DNA from: Gekko japonicus
Taxonomy: Eukaryota
Direction of reading: 5' to 3'
Assembly: GCF_001447785.1 (NCBI RefSeq)
Contig: NW_015174844.1
Location: forward strand, 1,820,548-1,884,547
Length of the DNA stretch: 64,000 bases
A program made the translations under genes and the position numbers. The notes beneath the pieces were generated by a model. The model searched no databases and was not told the DNA's origin. It saw only the letters and a list, made by a program, of their open reading frames with translations. Shown here piece after piece: positions 62,719-64,000 of the stretch (positions are counted from its first letter, which is position 1; the number at the start of each line of letters is the position of its first letter).

Positions 62719-63958
62719 AGTTGCTGTAGATTTTCCGAGATGTGTGGCCGTGGTCTTGGCATTGTAGAACCTGACGTTTCGCCAGTAACTGTGACTGGCA
62801 TCCTCAGAGGTATAAACACAGAAAGATGGAATACTCTCTGTGTCAAGGTGAGAAGAAAATGGTAGGCAGTAAATTTATGTCTACTCCAGAAGGTGGGTAT
62901 TTTATCCTTCGACTTGATTTATCCTTCGGCTGAGTCATTGTCTTGTAGGAGTTCCCCAGGCTATGGACATGTTAATGGAGGAGCTTTCCTGAGGAGGTTC
63001 TTTTGTTTCCTGAGGAGGTTTCCTGCTTCCTGAGAAGGTTGTTGAAATTCTAATCTTATCTGTAGTGCTATTGTCTGATGTAAAGTCTTTTGTGTTTTTC
63101 AGGACAGGAAGCCATGTCCTATTTATTTTTAAACTCTTTTCTTTCCTGTTGAAATTATGTTTCTGTTTGTGAATTTCAGTGGCTTCCCTGTGTAATCTGA
63201 CATGGTAATTGAAAGTGTTGTCCAACCTTTGTCTTGGAACAAAATACTGTGTCTTGTTTGAATTAGGCTATGTTCAGCCACTGCTGATTTTTCAGGTTGC
63301 CCAAGTCTGCAGTGTCTTTCATGTTCTTTTATTCTTGTCCGAATGCTACGCTGTGTGGTCTCGATGTAAACTTGTCGACAACTGGATGGTATGCGGTATA
63401 CTCCTGCAGAAGTGAGGGGGTCTCTTATGTCTTTTGCTGACCGTAGCATCTGTTGTATATTTCTGGTGGGTCTGAATACTGTTTGTAGGTTGTGTTTTTT
63501 CATATGTTTTCCCATCTGATCAGTGATTTCTTTGATATATGGCAAAAACACTTTTCCTGTGGGAGACTTATCTGTCTTGCATGGCCTACTAATGTTTTGA
63601 TTATGCCTCTTTTTTGCCGAGGGTGGTGATTGGAGTTTTTATGCAAGTAGCGGTCCGTGTGAGTTGGTTTTCTGTAGACCTTGTGACCTAATTGAAGATT
63701 AGTTTTGCGGATGACCATGATATCTAGAAATGGGATTTTACCCTTGACTTTTTTTTCCATGGTGAATTGTATGTTAGGGTGGATGTTGTTGAGGTGGTCT
63801 AAAAACTCCATCAATTCTACTTCTCCATGGTTTCAAATGATAAAGGTATCATCTACGTACCAGACTGTTGGTTTGTGGGGTGCAGATTCTAAAGCTGTTT
63901 TTTCAAAATGCTCCATGTCAAAGTTTGCTATAACTGGGTTGAGAGGGCTTCCCATGGG
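62719..63958 (-). mobile_element. Penelope-like retroelement 3' half (RT end, GIY-YIG endonuclease, terminal repeat)
   Basis: PMGSPL, YVDDTFII, HPNIQFTME..IPFLD..VYRKPTHTDRYLH (RT); AGVYRIP..VYIETTQRS..RIKEH..SAVAEH (GIY-YIG). Frameshifted. Confidence 0.92.
62769..62811 (-). ncRNA. Minimal type I hammerhead ribozyme in the Penelope terminal repeat
   Basis: Minus strand ACCU-CUGAGGA-U-GCCAGU-cacaguu-ACUGGC-GAAA-CG-UC-AGGU: stem I, CUGANGA box, 6-bp stem II, GAAA box, GUC cleavage triplet. Confidence 0.85.
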
Positions 63959-64000
63959 AGTGGTGTGCGCATGCTCTGAGAAGCAGACGCCGTTACTCGC

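Overview
Eukaryotic (vertebrate) genomic DNA, most likely a squamate reptile such as a gecko, inferred from the repeat families (BovB/RTE, Squam3-type SINE, CR1, L2, Penelope). It is not a prokaryotic locus. Host genes: a complete 14-exon HNRNPU (+, CDS 39741-48996, 832 aa, one GC-AG intron), a complete 4-exon COX20 (-, CDS 59588-55380, 117 aa) tail-to-tail with it, and a probable first coding exon of EFCAB2 (-, 3479-3446) in a CpG island. This is the EFCAB2-HNRNPU-COX20 order known from human 1q44. The ~35 kb upstream of HNRNPU is mostly decayed mobile DNA: three Mag-like Ty3/Gypsy copies (one full length with both LTRs, a tRNA-Ser PBS and a TSD), solo LTRs, LINE fragments, MITEs, and a five-layer nested insertion (L2 > hAT > solo LTR > L1 > L1). 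The most interesting signals are an intact-looking minimal hammerhead ribozyme in a Penelope element (62769-62811, -), a ~359-bp duplication flanking a 3'-truncated L1, the GC donor in HNRNPU, short N-runs clustered at the conserved HNRNPU 3' end, and a shared F-x-D-D reverse-transcriptase motif with TG...TA LTR ends in the Gypsy family. I found no convincing wholly new biological system. All coordinates and identities were worked out by hand.
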